Assembly (NCBI GenBank): GCA_965204535.1
Contig: OZ241996.1
Location: 1 to 64,000 of the forward strand
Length of the DNA stretch: 64,000 nt
Direction: 5' to 3'
From: a bacterium
GTDB lineage: Bacteria; UBA8248
Within the stretch, counting starts at the first letter, position 1. Every line of letters begins with the position of its first letter. Shown here one piece after another: positions 10,538 through 22,193 of this stretch. The translations under genes and the position numbers were made by a program. The notes under the pieces were generated by a model. The model was not told where the DNA came from. It saw only the letters and a program-made list of their open reading frames with translations, and made no database searches.

Positions 10538-13279
10538 TTATGACACGATGGCGCCTACTGGACGCCCTTCCTCGAGAATTTCGCTAAGATTTCCACACAA
10601 CTCCTTCAGTCTGGTCGTATCTTCTATTTTTTGACCGCTGTCGTCCGTGATGTAGAAGGCATCCACCGCACATTGGCCCTCCGTGGTAATTTTGGCCCGC
10701 GAGATGGATATGCCCTCTTGCGCGAAGAATTGAGCAATCTGCGCAAGAAGGCCATGTCTGTCCGGCGCAACTACTTCCAGAACTGTCGCATCTTCACTCG
10801 CCGTCTGGTCGAATTCGACCAGTATCGGCAAATCGAATGACATCCGTTTCTTCAAGCGCAAATACTTTTTGCTCCGTCCCAAAAATTCAGACAATCCCAG
10901 TTGGCCCGACAGTAATTCCTCCAGCGATTCTCGAAATTTTTTCCAAAGACCTTCATCGACGACAGCCTTTCCCTCAGCATCCACTACCTCGAACGTATCG
11001 ATCACCAGACCGTCCTCGCGTGTATATACTTTCGCATCCAGAATGTTGAGCTCATACACTGCAAACGCGCCAGCGACGAGCGCGAACAAGCCGAGTTGAT
11101 CCTTGCACAAAAGCGTCAAGAGCGTATGTCCCCGTCTTCTGCGGTGCGTGATGTCGACCTCGCATATCGTTTCATCCGAAATACGGGTTCCAAGCTCAAT
11201 ATGGCGCAGGATGTCTTGTGGTGGAGTTCCTGTACGGTATCTATCAGGCATGGACTTCATGTGCCCGGCAATTTCTTCGCGCCCTATCCGGCTTCCTCCA
11301 GCCCTCGCCTCCAAACTCACCTGCTCTACGATGTCTTCCGTGCGCTTTCTTCTGTACAAATCCTCTCCCGTTTCCATCACCCTGAGCACTCGTTTGTACA
11401 GTTCGTAGATTAAAGCACTTCTCCACTCATTCCATATACCCGGAGCGACGGCGGATATATCCGCATAGGTCAAGAGATAAAGCATTTGGAGTCTTTCCAC
11501 CGTCTCCATTTTATCGGCGAAATTGCTGATCAAGACAGGATCGTCGATATCACGCCTTTCAGCCGTGATGCTCATTTCAATGTGGCAAGCCACCAAAAAT
11601 TCGATGATGCTTCCCTGGTCCGCCGGCAGGCCCATACGCATAATGATGTCGGGAAGTGCGGATGAACTCTTGTGCACATGCCTCGGCCCTCTAGCCTTTC
11701 CTATATCGTGAAACAAAAGCGCAAGCCTCAAAATGTTGGTGCGCTCCATCTCTCTATGGATATGGGCCACTTGTTGCAAGGACACGTCTTTCGTGTATGT
11801 GAGTTCATCCAATGCCGCCAGGGTCAACAAAGTATGTTCATCCGCCGTATACCGATGGTAGTGGTCGTACTGGACGAAACATGTCAGAGGTTCAAACTCG
11901 GGGAGATAACGACCCAACAGACCGAGACCGTGCATTTCGTGCATCGTAGTCGCCACACCGGCCTTGCCACTCAATATCCGCAAGAAGCTGTCCCTCACAT
12001 CCGGCGAAGAGCGAAAATTATCGTCGACGGTATCCAAGTGGGCTCGAACAAAGTTTCTTACGTTCGGGGATAAACGGCACCCGAAGCGATATTGACACTC
12101 GAATATCTTCATCAGGCCTGTAGGATTTTCAAGGATTGCTTCAGGATTGGATTCATCCAGAACGAGCGAATGGTAGTCCTGCAAAGCCAATCCATCTTCG
12201 AGGGGTTGGAGGCGGGGCTTTCTGTTGACCCATCTTCTACTCTTCAGATGGTCTTCTAGGATTTCAAAAAAATCCCGGCAAAAAATGTGCAAGTCTCTGG
12301 CATGCAAGAAGTAATCGCGCATCAAGCACTCACTGGCCAAAGCGCTTTCTTCATCTCCATAACCCAACGCGGGAGCGATTTCGGCCTGCGCCGGAAAATT
12401 CAGCATATCGTTTTTGGCTTTTGCGCGTATGTGGAGTTGGGCTCGGATACGAAGAAGAAAATCATAAGCCTTCATCGCCTTTTCATACTCCGCTTGCGGC
12501 ACCCAGCCCTTGCGCCATATTTCGTCCATTTCCTTCAGGCCAAAAGCCTTGGCCAACCAGCAGACAGCATGGAAATCCCGCAAGCCCCCCGCGCTTTCCT
12601 TCACGTTCGGCTCTAGGACATAAACCGAAGGATCCCATGAGCGGTATCGTCTCATTCGCTCTTCAAGGCGATTTCGAAGATGCGAACTTTTCGCGACACG
12701 CTGCAGGTAACTATCAAATTTCTTGTTGAATTCCCGAAAAACTTCTTTGCTACCCGCCAATAATCGATTCTCCAGCATAGCGGTTTCGCTTTGGTAATCT
12801 TCTTTGGCTATTTTCAGACAATTGGAAATGGTTCTGGCACTATGACCGATCGTAAGACCTGCATCCCACATTAGATACAAAACAGATCGTATCAATTCAC
12901 TGATTTGCCCCTCATGTCCCGAAAATAGAAACAACAGATCGATATCCGAGCCGGGAGACAATTCCTCCCGCCCATACCCGCCAATCGCTACCAAAGCGCA
13001 TGAAAACGCCTGCTCGTCTTTGCCAGATTTTCCCCTTTCTCCCTCCAAGGCATACGCATAGACTTGAGCAATATACGCATCCATGAAATTCGCATGGGCT
13101 TGACACAACTCATATCCGCCCGCGCCTTCATGCTGCGCATTGCATATATGTTCGCCTGCCTGCGCGTACGCCTCCTTGATATAGCGGAGAAAACCGCTTC
13201 GTTCCCACCCGCTAGCGGCAAGAGTAGTTTCCCGGATATCGTTTTGAAGTTTTAATAAATGATTGAGAGATGGCGTCAT
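10538..13279 (-). CDS. glnD: PII uridylyltransferase/uridylyl-removing enzyme
   Basis: AIGGYGR..SDIDL nucleotidyltransferase motif, EPNVKESAGGLRD, HD domain (YTADEH, LFHDIGK), two C-terminal ACT domains. Confidence 0.95.
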   Translation of the reverse strand: MTPSLNHLLKLQNDIRETTLAASGWERSGFLRYIKEAYAQAGEHICNAQHEGAGGYELCQAHANFMDAYIAQVYAYALEGERGKSGKDEQAFSCALVAIGGYGREELSPGSDIDLLFLFSGHEGQISELIRSVLYLMWDAGLTIGHSARTISNCLKIAKEDYQSETAMLENRLLAGSKEVFREFNKKFDSYLQRVAKSSHLRNRLEERMRRYRSWDPSVYVLEPNVKESAGGLRDFHAVCWLAKAFGLKEMDEIWRKGWVPQAEYEKAMKAYDFLLRIRAQLHIRAKAKNDMLNFPAQAEIAPALGYGDEESALASECLMRDYFLHARDLHIFCRDFFEILEDHLKSRRWVNRKPRLQPLEDGLALQDYHSLVLDESNPEAILENPTGLMKIFECQYRFGCRLSPNVRNFVRAHLDTVDDNFRSSPDVRDSFLRILSGKAGVATTMHEMHGLGLLGRYLPEFEPLTCFVQYDHYHRYTADEHTLLTLAALDELTYTKDVSLQQVAHIHREMERTNILRLALLFHDIGKARGPRHVHKSSSALPDIIMRMGLPADQGSIIEFLVACHIEMSITAERRDIDDPVLISNFADKMETVERLQMLYLLTYADISAVAPGIWNEWRSALIYELYKRVLRVMETGEDLYRRKRTEDIVEQVSLEARAGGSRIGREEIAGHMKSMPDRYRTGTPPQDILRHIELGTRISDETICEVDITHRRRRGHTLLTLLCKDQLGLFALVAGAFAVYELNILDAKVYTREDGLVIDTFEVVDAEGKAVVDEGLWKKFRESLEELLSGQLGLSEFLGRSKKYLRLKKRMSFDLPILVEFDQTASEDATVLEVVAPDRHGLLAQIAQFFAQEGISISRAKITTEGQCAVDAFYITDDSGQKIEDTTRLKELCGNLSEILEEGRPVGAIVS

Positions 13280-13291
13280 CGGAAGATATCG

Positions 13292-13648
<357 letters not shown>

Positions 13649-13959
13649 TCAAGTGAAAGTTCCAATGGGATGGTTTCCATCGACTATAACATGCAATGGT
13701 TGATCGTCAATCAATAAACCCCATGAACAGCAGCTCTCTGCATCCATTCAAACGGATTATTTACACGAAATATGTTTCCATGGTGTTACATGGGAATGAT
13801 GAACAATTTCAGATTTTCGCGAAATCCTGGAAATTTCCTCAAATCGCACCACCAGAAGGTTGCGCGAGACGGCACTTTTCCATACACTTTGCGGCTGGTT
13901 CTTTCGTATTCTCCCTGACTTCAAGGCGTTTTATTCATTTCCGTAGGAGAAATTCAGCA

Positions 13960-14280
13960 ATGGAATGCACGCTTTTAGAAGCGCCAGTAGAATGCCATTT
14001 CGCATCGAAAGGCTATAATGGCCAAAACCAATGCTCATACAACGGGAGTTCCTGTTTCCCCGTCGTCGAGGAATGCCTTTCGGGTGATGACGAGAAAGCG
14101 TGTGAACACATCTTGGAGCTTCCAAAAGGAAAGTTCTGCTCTAAATTCCCCAATCCGGAAAATCGTTGGGAACGCGGCAGATGCCCTCTCGCGACGCATA
14201 TCAAAGTAGACTTTGAGGCCCCTCTGGAGAAAAAACTCAACCCTCTGAAAGCCTCGAAGCGAGCCGCACGAGGAAACTAA
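13960..14280 (+). CDS. Small cysteine-rich protein, PxxKW-like family
   Basis: AGGAG RBS; Cys-rich; P-x-x-R-W..CPLATH and basic tail KKLNPLKASKR. Confidence 0.7.
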   Translation: MECTLLEAPVECHFASKGYNGQNQCSYNGSSCFPVVEECLSGDDEKACEHILELPKGKFCSKFPNPENRWERGRCPLATHIKVDFEAPLEKKLNPLKASKRAARGN

Positions 14281-14316
14281 AAGTCAAACATATTGATTAA
14301 GGAACTCTCTACGTCA

Positions 14317-14352
14317 CAACAAAGCCGCGCTCTTCAGAACGCGGCTTTGTTG
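14317..14352. terminator. Hairpin between convergent genes
   Basis: 13-bp perfect stem CAACAAAGCCGCG / CGCGGCTTTGTTG. Confidence 0.7.
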
Positions 14353-14363
14353 GCGAATGATTT

Positions 14364-16082
14364 CTAAGCCGACAGAAGGGCCAAAACACCCGCAATAATG
14401 AATATCTGATCAGCGGCCACTTCCATGAGTCCGCTATGACCCAGTATCTTTTGGGAATACCAGTATAGGCATGCGCCCGCATACATGACCGGAACGAGCA
14501 TCGCATAGCCGAACAACGGAGCTACCCACCCGTTTATGCAGGCGCTCACGAGAGCGACGGCCAATGCGGCGCAGATGGTCCCCATAAGCGCTTCGGTCTG
14601 CGCCTTTCCGAAAACGATCGGCAATGTCTTCTTGCCCACGATTCTATCGCCTTGAATGTCTCTCAACTCCATCAAGCCGGTTCGGAAGAAAACTAAACCG
14701 AAAGCGAAGAAAATCGACACCACCCAGCCCGTGGAAATCGCTTGAGAATTCGCCAGCGCGGGCAAAACCGCCATGCTGAAGGTCCAGCCCAATGCAAGAA
14801 CGAGAATTTTCAAAGCCGGGAGATTCATCACCCGCCCCACGAGTGCGCGAGGCTCGAGCTTCAGGCTGCAAAAGATGGCCCACATCAGACCAGCTATCAG
14901 AATACCCCCGGTCAGGTAGGAGATACTCATCCCGAACGCGATGGATACCAAGGCGGCCACCCATGACAGGGTCAATAGAATGAGTTTGTGTTTTTCATAA
15001 AAAAGAGCTCGATTGGGTTCATTGTATCTATCCGCCTCATAGCTGACACAACGATTTATCGTATGAGCCGCGAAGAGATAAAGGCCTGCCGTCACAGCGA
15101 GTCTCATCGAGAAGGGAAAACCACCCAATTTCGCGATGGCGATGCTACCCAGCAACGCTGATAAGAAAAGAAGAACATTCGCTCTCGACAACACCTTGAG
15201 AATATCAACAAGCTTATCTGTGATATTTGGATTCGGATCGGGAATCGCCTCGATACGGTTGACGACGCGCCTGATCATCCAATCCGGCGTAGAGGCGCCC
15301 GCCGTTACGGCGATGTTCTTGTATTGCTGCAGGAATTTTTCGTCAATCTCATCTTCGGTTTCAATGAGAATCGAATCCGCGCCTCCCTCCTGCGCCACCT
15401 CCACCAAGCGGTTCGTGTTGCCACTGTTGCGACCTCCGACGACGACCATCAGATCGACATCGGGTGCCAATTTCTTTACCTCTTCCTGACGAACCTCTGT
15501 TGCATCGCAAATCGTATTGAACATTTGGGCCTGGGGATATTTCCGCAAAATCGCTTCTTCCACACCTTGCCACTCGCGCATGTTGATGGTCGTTTGCGCA
15601 ACCACTACGACAGGTCGATCGCCGATGTCCGGGAGCCCGGACACATCTTCCATGCACGTTATCAGATGGCTGCCGGCCTCCGCGTAGCCCTTGTGGCCAT
15701 CCACCTCCGGGTGACCTTCTTCTCCAATAATTACTGTGAATGCACCCATGCGAGAATGCTTTCTGATGACCCCATGCACTTTGGCAACGAGGGGACAGGT
15801 AGCATCTCGAATGCCTGCGCCCGAATTTCTTAAACGATCGCGAACCTGCGGCGAGATGCCATGCGCCCGGATGACGACCAGACTCGTACTGCTCGGCGTC
15901 TCCTGGGGATCGGAAACAAGAACGCTTTTCTGCTCCAGCAATTCCACCGTTTGCGGATTGTGAATCAACGGCCCATGTGTGAGAACTTCGCTGGATGCAT
16001 CATTGGCCGTGTCCAAGGCGATATCGAGCGCTCTTTCCACTCCCCAGCAGAAACCAGCCGTCTTAGCCAGCTTGACTCTCAA
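14364..16082 (-). CDS. ispH: IspH (HMBPP reductase) fused to a UbiA-like prenyltransferase membrane domain
   Basis: AGFCWGV, IHNP, DATCPLV, QTT, TICDAT, AGASTP; hydrophobic C-terminus with RDIQGD...TLP; TTG start after AGGAGG. Confidence 0.9.
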   Translation of the reverse strand: MRVKLAKTAGFCWGVERALDIALDTANDASSEVLTHGPLIHNPQTVELLEQKSVLVSDPQETPSSTSLVVIRAHGISPQVRDRLRNSGAGIRDATCPLVAKVHGVIRKHSRMGAFTVIIGEEGHPEVDGHKGYAEAGSHLITCMEDVSGLPDIGDRPVVVVAQTTINMREWQGVEEAILRKYPQAQMFNTICDATEVRQEEVKKLAPDVDLMVVVGGRNSGNTNRLVEVAQEGGADSILIETEDEIDEKFLQQYKNIAVTAGASTPDWMIRRVVNRIEAIPDPNPNITDKLVDILKVLSRANVLLFLSALLGSIAIAKLGGFPFSMRLAVTAGLYLFAAHTINRCVSYEADRYNEPNRALFYEKHKLILLTLSWVAALVSIAFGMSISYLTGGILIAGLMWAIFCSLKLEPRALVGRVMNLPALKILVLALGWTFSMAVLPALANSQAISTGWVVSIFFAFGLVFFRTGLMELRDIQGDRIVGKKTLPIVFGKAQTEALMGTICAALAVALVSACINGWVAPLFGYAMLVPVMYAGACLYWYSQKILGHSGLMEVAADQIFIIAGVLALLSA

Positions 16083-16187
16083 TCGTATCCCTCCTGAAAC
16101 TTGCAACGTAAGATACGTTCATACTCCCAAGACAATCCCATGCACACTATAACGCCACTCTCGATTCATATGCAATAAAAATACAAT

Positions 16188-16733
16188 TTAACCTTCATGC
16201 GAACAGCGAAGCCGCTCAAAGCGAATTTCGATGATAGGCGGGGCATGTTTTAGGTGAACCAGATCCGAGATTCGGAACCATCCCCCGGAAGCATCCAGAA
16301 CCACCTCGCCGACCGTTCTGGGAAGATCGAATCTCCTCGGGCCGCAACTGCCGGGATTGAAAAACACGGTTTTGTCAATCATTCGGCAAAGCGGTTGATG
16401 GCTGTGCCCGAAAATCACCAAATCCATTGCTTCCTGTTCAACAAGCATCTTGAATTCCTGAGACGGCCCTCCACGGTGCCAGACTATATGCTGAATCATG
16501 ATGCGCCAGCCTGCCACAACGGTTGTCAACCGCACCGGCGCCAAAGTGGACGCATCCACGTTTCCCGAAACACAGGAGACAGGGGCAATGCTCTCAAGTT
16601 CCGGCAAGATCGAATCAGAACCCACATCGCCAGCATGAAAGATATGATCCGCGTCCTGGCAAAACTCGACCACATCTTGCGCAAGGCGCCCATGCGTATC
16701 GGACAACACGCATAATCTGACGCTCAAAGTCAT
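16188..16733 (-). CDS. YfcE-like metallophosphoesterase
   Basis: SDTHG, HAGD, GNVD, FGHSH and NPGS motifs. Confidence 0.9.
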   Translation of the reverse strand: MTLSVRLCVLSDTHGRLAQDVVEFCQDADHIFHAGDVGSDSILPELESIAPVSCVSGNVDASTLAPVRLTTVVAGWRIMIQHIVWHRGGPSQEFKMLVEQEAMDLVIFGHSHQPLCRMIDKTVFFNPGSCGPRRFDLPRTVGEVVLDASGGWFRISDLVHLKHAPPIIEIRFERLRCSHEG

Positions 16734-16928
16734 TTTCCGTTGTCTCGCGGGGATTCAGTGCGAATCGCAGACTGGCGCGCTCGCTCCCTCAAGAGGAAAT
16801 CGAGGGCATCCCTCTCAAGTCGGGCAATCGTAACTTGCGTTTTGCCCCATAATGCCCATGTTCCGGTAGATCTCATTGTTTCCGCCATCCGAGAAGACAA
16901 TCCATACGCGCTAAATTATAGGTAAATA

Positions 16929-17789
16929 CTAACTTTTTGACCTGCTGCCCAACACGATGCCCATTAATATGATGGAACATGCGAAGAAGCGGCTGGATGT
17001 AGGAACTTCCTGAAGCAGCCACCATGCCAATCCGGTAGCCACCAACGGTTCTCCCACAACAGCAAGCGCCACTTTTCCCGGGTGCAAATGGCCCAACGCA
17101 TAGTTGACAGAGGTATGACCGACCAATGTCGGGACAAGTATCATGGCGAATAACAGAAGCCAGGTATCGTTGGAATATCCACTGAGAGGTTGTTCCAAAA
17201 TGATAGCGGCCCCAATCAGTAAGATCCCGCTGAATCCATAGCACCCCGTCACGTATGTTGCTACAGGAATTTTTATTCTCAGCTTACGGCCACACAACAT
17301 GTAGGCAGAAGCCATTACAGCCGCAGACAATGCGAGGAGATTTCCCCAGAAGCTATCATCCCGGCCCACAAAGTCGGAATACGCTAAAACTGCACTGCCA
17401 CCTATAGCCAACACCACACCCAGCCAAAAATTCCGCCCTTCCCTCTCTCCCAACAGAACGACGGCGCCTATGCCTGCGAATATGGGGTTGGTCGTCGCAA
17501 GCACTACGGAACTCGCGACAGACGTATGCGACAACGACTCTATCCAAAACGCAAAATGAAACGCCAAAAATATACCGGAACCCGCCCAAATTATCTTCTC
17601 CTTGAGCGACAAAGCACCCCATATATACATGGCGTTCTTCGCTGTGAACGGCAGCAGCAACAAAGCGCCTCCGCCCATACGGTATGCCGCTATCGCCAGA
17701 GGTTCAGCGTCCGCCAATCGTATGAGTATGGCGGAACAACCAAGGGCAATGACCCCAACGAACAAATAAAAATACAAGGGAATTTTCAT
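16929..17789 (-). CDS. DMT/EamA family transporter
   Basis: About 10 hydrophobic segments; TSVASSVVL and EPLVA. Confidence 0.88.
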   Translation of the reverse strand: MKIPLYFYLFVGVIALGCSAILIRLADAEPLAIAAYRMGGGALLLLPFTAKNAMYIWGALSLKEKIIWAGSGIFLAFHFAFWIESLSHTSVASSVVLATTNPIFAGIGAVVLLGEREGRNFWLGVVLAIGGSAVLAYSDFVGRDDSFWGNLLALSAAVMASAYMLCGRKLRIKIPVATYVTGCYGFSGILLIGAAIILEQPLSGYSNDTWLLLFAMILVPTLVGHTSVNYALGHLHPGKVALAVVGEPLVATGLAWWLLQEVPTSSRFFACSIILMGIVLGSRSKS

Positions 17790-17840
17790 ACTTGAAAAAA
17801 CCAGATACAGATGAAGTCAAACTTAGGACTTGGAAGATTC

Positions 17841-18623
17841 CTACAAACCATTTATAAACTGCGAGATTAAATCCCCGACCACACCCGGTTGCTCCAGCAT
17901 CACCATGTGACCAGATTCTGGGACAATGGTTAATTTCGCATTTGGAATCTTCTCAGACATAAATTGCGAATATTTGGGGGGCGTCAAAAGATCGTCTTCT
18001 CCACATAAAATTAACGCGGGGGCAGAGATAGATTCCAATTCAGAAAGGACATCGAACCGATCGCACGCTACAAAATCATGGTACAGGGTACCCATATTAC
18101 ATCTCAGCAAACTCCTAGTGCTTTCCCGGATTAGAGATGGGTCCGCTGCCGGGGAAAAAGCATAACTTATAATTTCATCCACAGTTTTTACTAAGTCGCT
18201 TTTCACACCGTTTAGGATAGAATCTCTCACTCTAAGTTTTGCGCCCGTGCCAATAAGAATGACACCTCTCAGCAACTCGGAATGTGTCATAACACTTTCA
18301 AGAACTATGGCACCCCCCATCGAATGACCGGTTAGATAAACGGATTTCAATTTCTTAGCTTCTAAGAATTGAAGAACCAATCGACTGTATTCTTTAATAT
18401 CCGAGATTTGAGCTACACCAGACTCACCATGACCGGGCAGTTCCAGAGCCAAACTGCCCACGCCTTTTCCCGCCAAATTGCGCATTAAGGGAATCCAGCT
18501 ATCACGATTCCCTCCCGCTCCATGAATGCACACAACGATGCTACGTGAAACCTGGGGACCTGCCTCGCAATAAGCGATCCTGTGGCCAGATAAACTCAGT
18601 GCACCTGGACGTAACCAAGACAA
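17841..18623 (-). CDS. Alpha/beta hydrolase
   Basis: HGAGG, LPGHG, GHSMGG nucleophile elbow, GHMVMLE. Confidence 0.9.
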   Translation of the reverse strand: MSWLRPGALSLSGHRIAYCEAGPQVSRSIVVCIHGAGGNRDSWIPLMRNLAGKGVGSLALELPGHGESGVAQISDIKEYSRLVLQFLEAKKLKSVYLTGHSMGGAIVLESVMTHSELLRGVILIGTGAKLRVRDSILNGVKSDLVKTVDEIISYAFSPAADPSLIRESTRSLLRCNMGTLYHDFVACDRFDVLSELESISAPALILCGEDDLLTPPKYSQFMSEKIPNAKLTIVPESGHMVMLEQPGVVGDLISQFINGL

Positions 18624-18666
18624 ATAGAAGATTTCCTAAACTGTCGGCGAGCTAACGATTAGAGAC

Positions 18667-18993
18667 TTAAAGGGCACGATCAATAGCGGCCTTCAAATCG
18701 GCCTTGGATTTCACTCCCACGACCTGCTCCACCACCTCGCCCCCCTTAAACAACATCAATGTCGGGATGCCACGAATTCCGAATTTCGTCGGAACAGATG
18801 GATTCTCATCGATATTCAACTTTCCGATGCGTACTTTCCCAGCGTACTCTTGGGCAAGTGCTTCAACCGTAGGCGCAATCATTTTACAAGGAGCACACCA
18901 TTCTGCCCAAAAATCAACTAATGTGGGCGTATCTGAGTCAATTACATCCGTCTCGAAGTTCTGATCCGTAAACTCGAAAACCCCTTCCGCCAT
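18667..18993 (-). CDS. trxA: Thioredoxin
   Basis: VDFWAEWCAPCK and IRGIPTL; GGAGG RBS before ATG 18993. Confidence 0.97.
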   Translation of the reverse strand: MAEGVFEFTDQNFETDVIDSDTPTLVDFWAEWCAPCKMIAPTVEALAQEYAGKVRIGKLNIDENPSVPTKFGIRGIPTLMLFKGGEVVEQVVGVKSKADLKAAIDRAL

Positions 18994-19211
18994 TTCATTT
19001 CCTCCGGGAGTAGAATCCATCAGGCTGGGAAAATCGATAGATATCTACATCCATTCCAAAAGTCGCAACTACAAATGGACATGACGTCGTTTCGACCAAC
19101 GAAACGTAGAGTATCATTCCTTATTGGTTGAAAGGCGTCAACTCCACTGCCCCAACTTCATATCCGGATTTTCGATAAGGCAATGAACAAAAGGAGGCAT
19201 ATCAATGAATT

Positions 19212-22193
19212 TCAAGGCGTTTCTACTGGTTCTTCACCTGGGATATCACTTACCAAGACTTGTCTTCTCTTCACGCCATCCGCCGGACCGATGATTCCTT
19301 CTTGCTCCATACGCTCAATCATGCGCGCCGCCCTATTATACCCAATCCTCAAATGTCTCTGGATGAGAGAGATGGACGCCTCGCGCGTCCTGGAGACGAG
19401 CGCAATCGCATCATCATATCTCTCATCATATTCGTCATCGCTATTTAGTTCATTCTGAGAGGCGTTCTCCTCTTCTACAAACCAATCCTCCCTGAATACC
19501 GCTTCCCCTTGGGATTTCCAGTGCGCAACGAGTTGAGAAATCTCACTATCTGAAACATATGCCCCATGAATGCGAACAGGAGTACTGGACCCGGGGGGCA
19601 CAAAAAGCATGTCCCCTTTGCCCAACAGGCGCTCCGCCCCATTCGAATCCAGAATAGTTCTCGAGTCCGTCCGAGTAGCGACGCGGAGTGCCATTCTAGA
19701 CGGGAAATTCGCTTTGATCAGACCCGTGAGAACATCCACAGAAGGACGCTGGGTAGCCACCAGCAAATGAATTCCGGAAGCACGGGCCATTTGGGCCAGG
19801 CGCGTCATCGATTCTTCCACCTCACGTGGTGCAACCATCATGAGATCCGCCAATTCGTCAATCACCACCACAATATAAGGGAGGAAATCTAGGGAAGAAT
19901 CTTCTTCGGCCAGTGGTTGCTTCCATCTTCTATTCGCCTCTCGCTCACCCAATTGCTGCGCCACGGAGGCATTATAGCTTTGGATGTTTCTCACTCCCGC
20001 TTCACTCATTATCTTGTAGCGTCGTTCCATCTCCACCAGGACACCCCTGAGCCCTGCCGATGCTTTCTTGGGTTCAGTCACGACAGGCACGAGTTGATGA
20101 GGGATGCCTTCATATATCGACAGTTCCAACATTTTGGGATCGATCATCAAAAAGCGAACCTCTCTTGGCGTACATCTGGCCAAGAGACTGCAAATCATCA
20201 TGTTCAGGGCAACACTTTTTCCTGCCCCGGTCGTACCCGCAATCAAAAGATGTGGAATCTTGGTCAAATCAGTAAACGCCGTTCTCCCTAAAATATCCTT
20301 ACCCAAGCCCATCGTGAGCTTGTCTTCTACCTGCCGAAATTCCCTTGAGGCGAGCACTTCCTTTGCAAATACGGCATCACGCTCGATGTTCGGAACTTCG
20401 ATGCCAACAACCGATTTCCCAGGTATCGGGGCAACGATGCGAACACTTAATGCGGACAAGGCCCGGGCGAGATCATCCGCGAGGCCGGTAATCTTGGAAA
20501 CCTTGATTCCCGGGGCCGGATCATACTCGAAACTGGTAATGACCGGGCCTGTCTTTACTTCCCTGACTTTTCCGACGACACCGAATTCTTGCAGTGTTTG
20601 TTCAAGAAGCAAGGACTTCTCGCGTATGCTAGCTTCGTCCACGATCAGTCCGCCGGAAGGCGGATCCGCAAAAATATCTAATGATGGAAGAACGTATTCT
20701 GTATTCGGCTCAGAGGTTCGTTGCTCCTTGCGCCGATTTTCCGTCTGCGTATTGGATCGGACTAGAGAATGGTCTTGAATTCGTACAGCATCCGGCTCGC
20801 CAACAGTTCCCGCATGTCGAACTTTTATATCCTCTTTTGACTCTCCATTTTTTGTTGAATCTTCAACACGAGTCGAAAGTGAATCGGGAAGCGTGTCAGA
20901 TGATTTCCCGTGTACGAAAACCTCTTCCAACGGCAGGGGCAACGGGTGGCTATTATCATCAAGATTTTTTTTCAGCTTGATCCGCAGACCACCAGTTACC
21001 GATTTTCTTGCGGCTCCGGCATGTCTTGCTTCACCATCGATACCTACACCCGTCCCTGGCGTATGCTCTTCTGCCATATTCGAAGGCAAGCTATTATGCG
21101 CTCCAGCGCCGGTTGGGGGTTGATCGCCATTATTCTGGAGAAATTTTTCCGACACCGAACCAGACATTGTTTCATCGAAAAGACTTTTAGGATTTTCAGC
21201 GAGTTCGAATTCTTCCTCACCGGCCGCCGGACCACGAAGCGCAGACAACTCCGGCTCCGGAAATTTCTCTCCTCCAAACAGCGAAGGGCCATTTTGCTCC
21301 GATGGTCGAAAAACACGCCTGCCATTTTTTCGATTGGCCAGGTAAGATCTATTCGGCTCCAAAATCAATTCGTCGGCATCTTTTTCTAAGAGGTCCAGCC
21401 GTGGTTCCCCGTCGCCCAAACCGTCTTGCGCGAAATGTCCCGCCCCTGCATCTTCACCACCAGTTATCGTATCGGCATACCCGATATGCGACTCTTTCTC
21501 ATCTATAGATGATGGAAAACCTGCGACCGTGGAAAACAATTTTCGGGTCGCGAATACAGCACCTCTCGCCACCCCGAGTACTACCCTTTTGAAAACCGTG
21601 AAGATGCGGGAAAAAAACCACCAATGCGCAATCGCTAGTCCTAAAATCATCTTTTTGAATGAAAAACCGGTTATGCCGACAAACGAGGCCAGTAACACGG
21701 AACCAAGCAAAACCCAACTGCCCGCACTACCCAGATAAGCGTTCAACAACATCACGACACTATAGCCGATGATTCCACCGGCCAATGCCGTAGCCCCAAA
21801 AAGAGGATCGGTTTCATATGCCTTGAAAAATAATCCCGAGGCGCTCAAAAGAAAGAGCAAGCCAACCACTTCGCGCCATCCCGGCTGCCATGAGCGCAAA
21901 CCTGCAAACGCGGTTACACCCCAAACAAGAAATCCGATGGGCAGCAATACCGAGAATGCGCCCACCGCTTGGACCAGTGCACCTGCGGCATATGCGCCTA
22001 CGGCTCCCCCGTAATTTCGAATCCGCCATTTTGGGCTGACATATGAACCCCAAGTCGGGTCGCCAGAATTGAAAGTCCAAAGCGATATCGCCAGAAAAAC
22101 AGCGAAACCAACCAAGAATAAACCTACGATCTCATTAGTTCTTTGGGAAACCGGAGATGGTCCGTTCTGGATACCCGAGCGACGAGTAGGCAT
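19212..22193 (-). CDS. ftsK: DNA translocase FtsK
   Basis: N-terminal TM region, long linker, GTTGAGKS Walker A, IDELADLM, gamma domain IGYNRAAR; start uncertain. Confidence 0.95.
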   Translation of the reverse strand: MPTRRSGIQNGPSPVSQRTNEIVGLFLVGFAVFLAISLWTFNSGDPTWGSYVSPKWRIRNYGGAVGAYAAGALVQAVGAFSVLLPIGFLVWGVTAFAGLRSWQPGWREVVGLLFLLSASGLFFKAYETDPLFGATALAGGIIGYSVVMLLNAYLGSAGSWVLLGSVLLASFVGITGFSFKKMILGLAIAHWWFFSRIFTVFKRVVLGVARGAVFATRKLFSTVAGFPSSIDEKESHIGYADTITGGEDAGAGHFAQDGLGDGEPRLDLLEKDADELILEPNRSYLANRKNGRRVFRPSEQNGPSLFGGEKFPEPELSALRGPAAGEEEFELAENPKSLFDETMSGSVSEKFLQNNGDQPPTGAGAHNSLPSNMAEEHTPGTGVGIDGEARHAGAARKSVTGGLRIKLKKNLDDNSHPLPLPLEEVFVHGKSSDTLPDSLSTRVEDSTKNGESKEDIKVRHAGTVGEPDAVRIQDHSLVRSNTQTENRRKEQRTSEPNTEYVLPSLDIFADPPSGGLIVDEASIREKSLLLEQTLQEFGVVGKVREVKTGPVITSFEYDPAPGIKVSKITGLADDLARALSALSVRIVAPIPGKSVVGIEVPNIERDAVFAKEVLASREFRQVEDKLTMGLGKDILGRTAFTDLTKIPHLLIAGTTGAGKSVALNMMICSLLARCTPREVRFLMIDPKMLELSIYEGIPHQLVPVVTEPKKASAGLRGVLVEMERRYKIMSEAGVRNIQSYNASVAQQLGEREANRRWKQPLAEEDSSLDFLPYIVVVIDELADLMMVAPREVEESMTRLAQMARASGIHLLVATQRPSVDVLTGLIKANFPSRMALRVATRTDSRTILDSNGAERLLGKGDMLFVPPGSSTPVRIHGAYVSDSEISQLVAHWKSQGEAVFREDWFVEEENASQNELNSDDEYDERYDDAIALVSRTREASISLIQRHLRIGYNRAARMIERMEQEGIIGPADGVKRRQVLVSDIPGEEPVETP

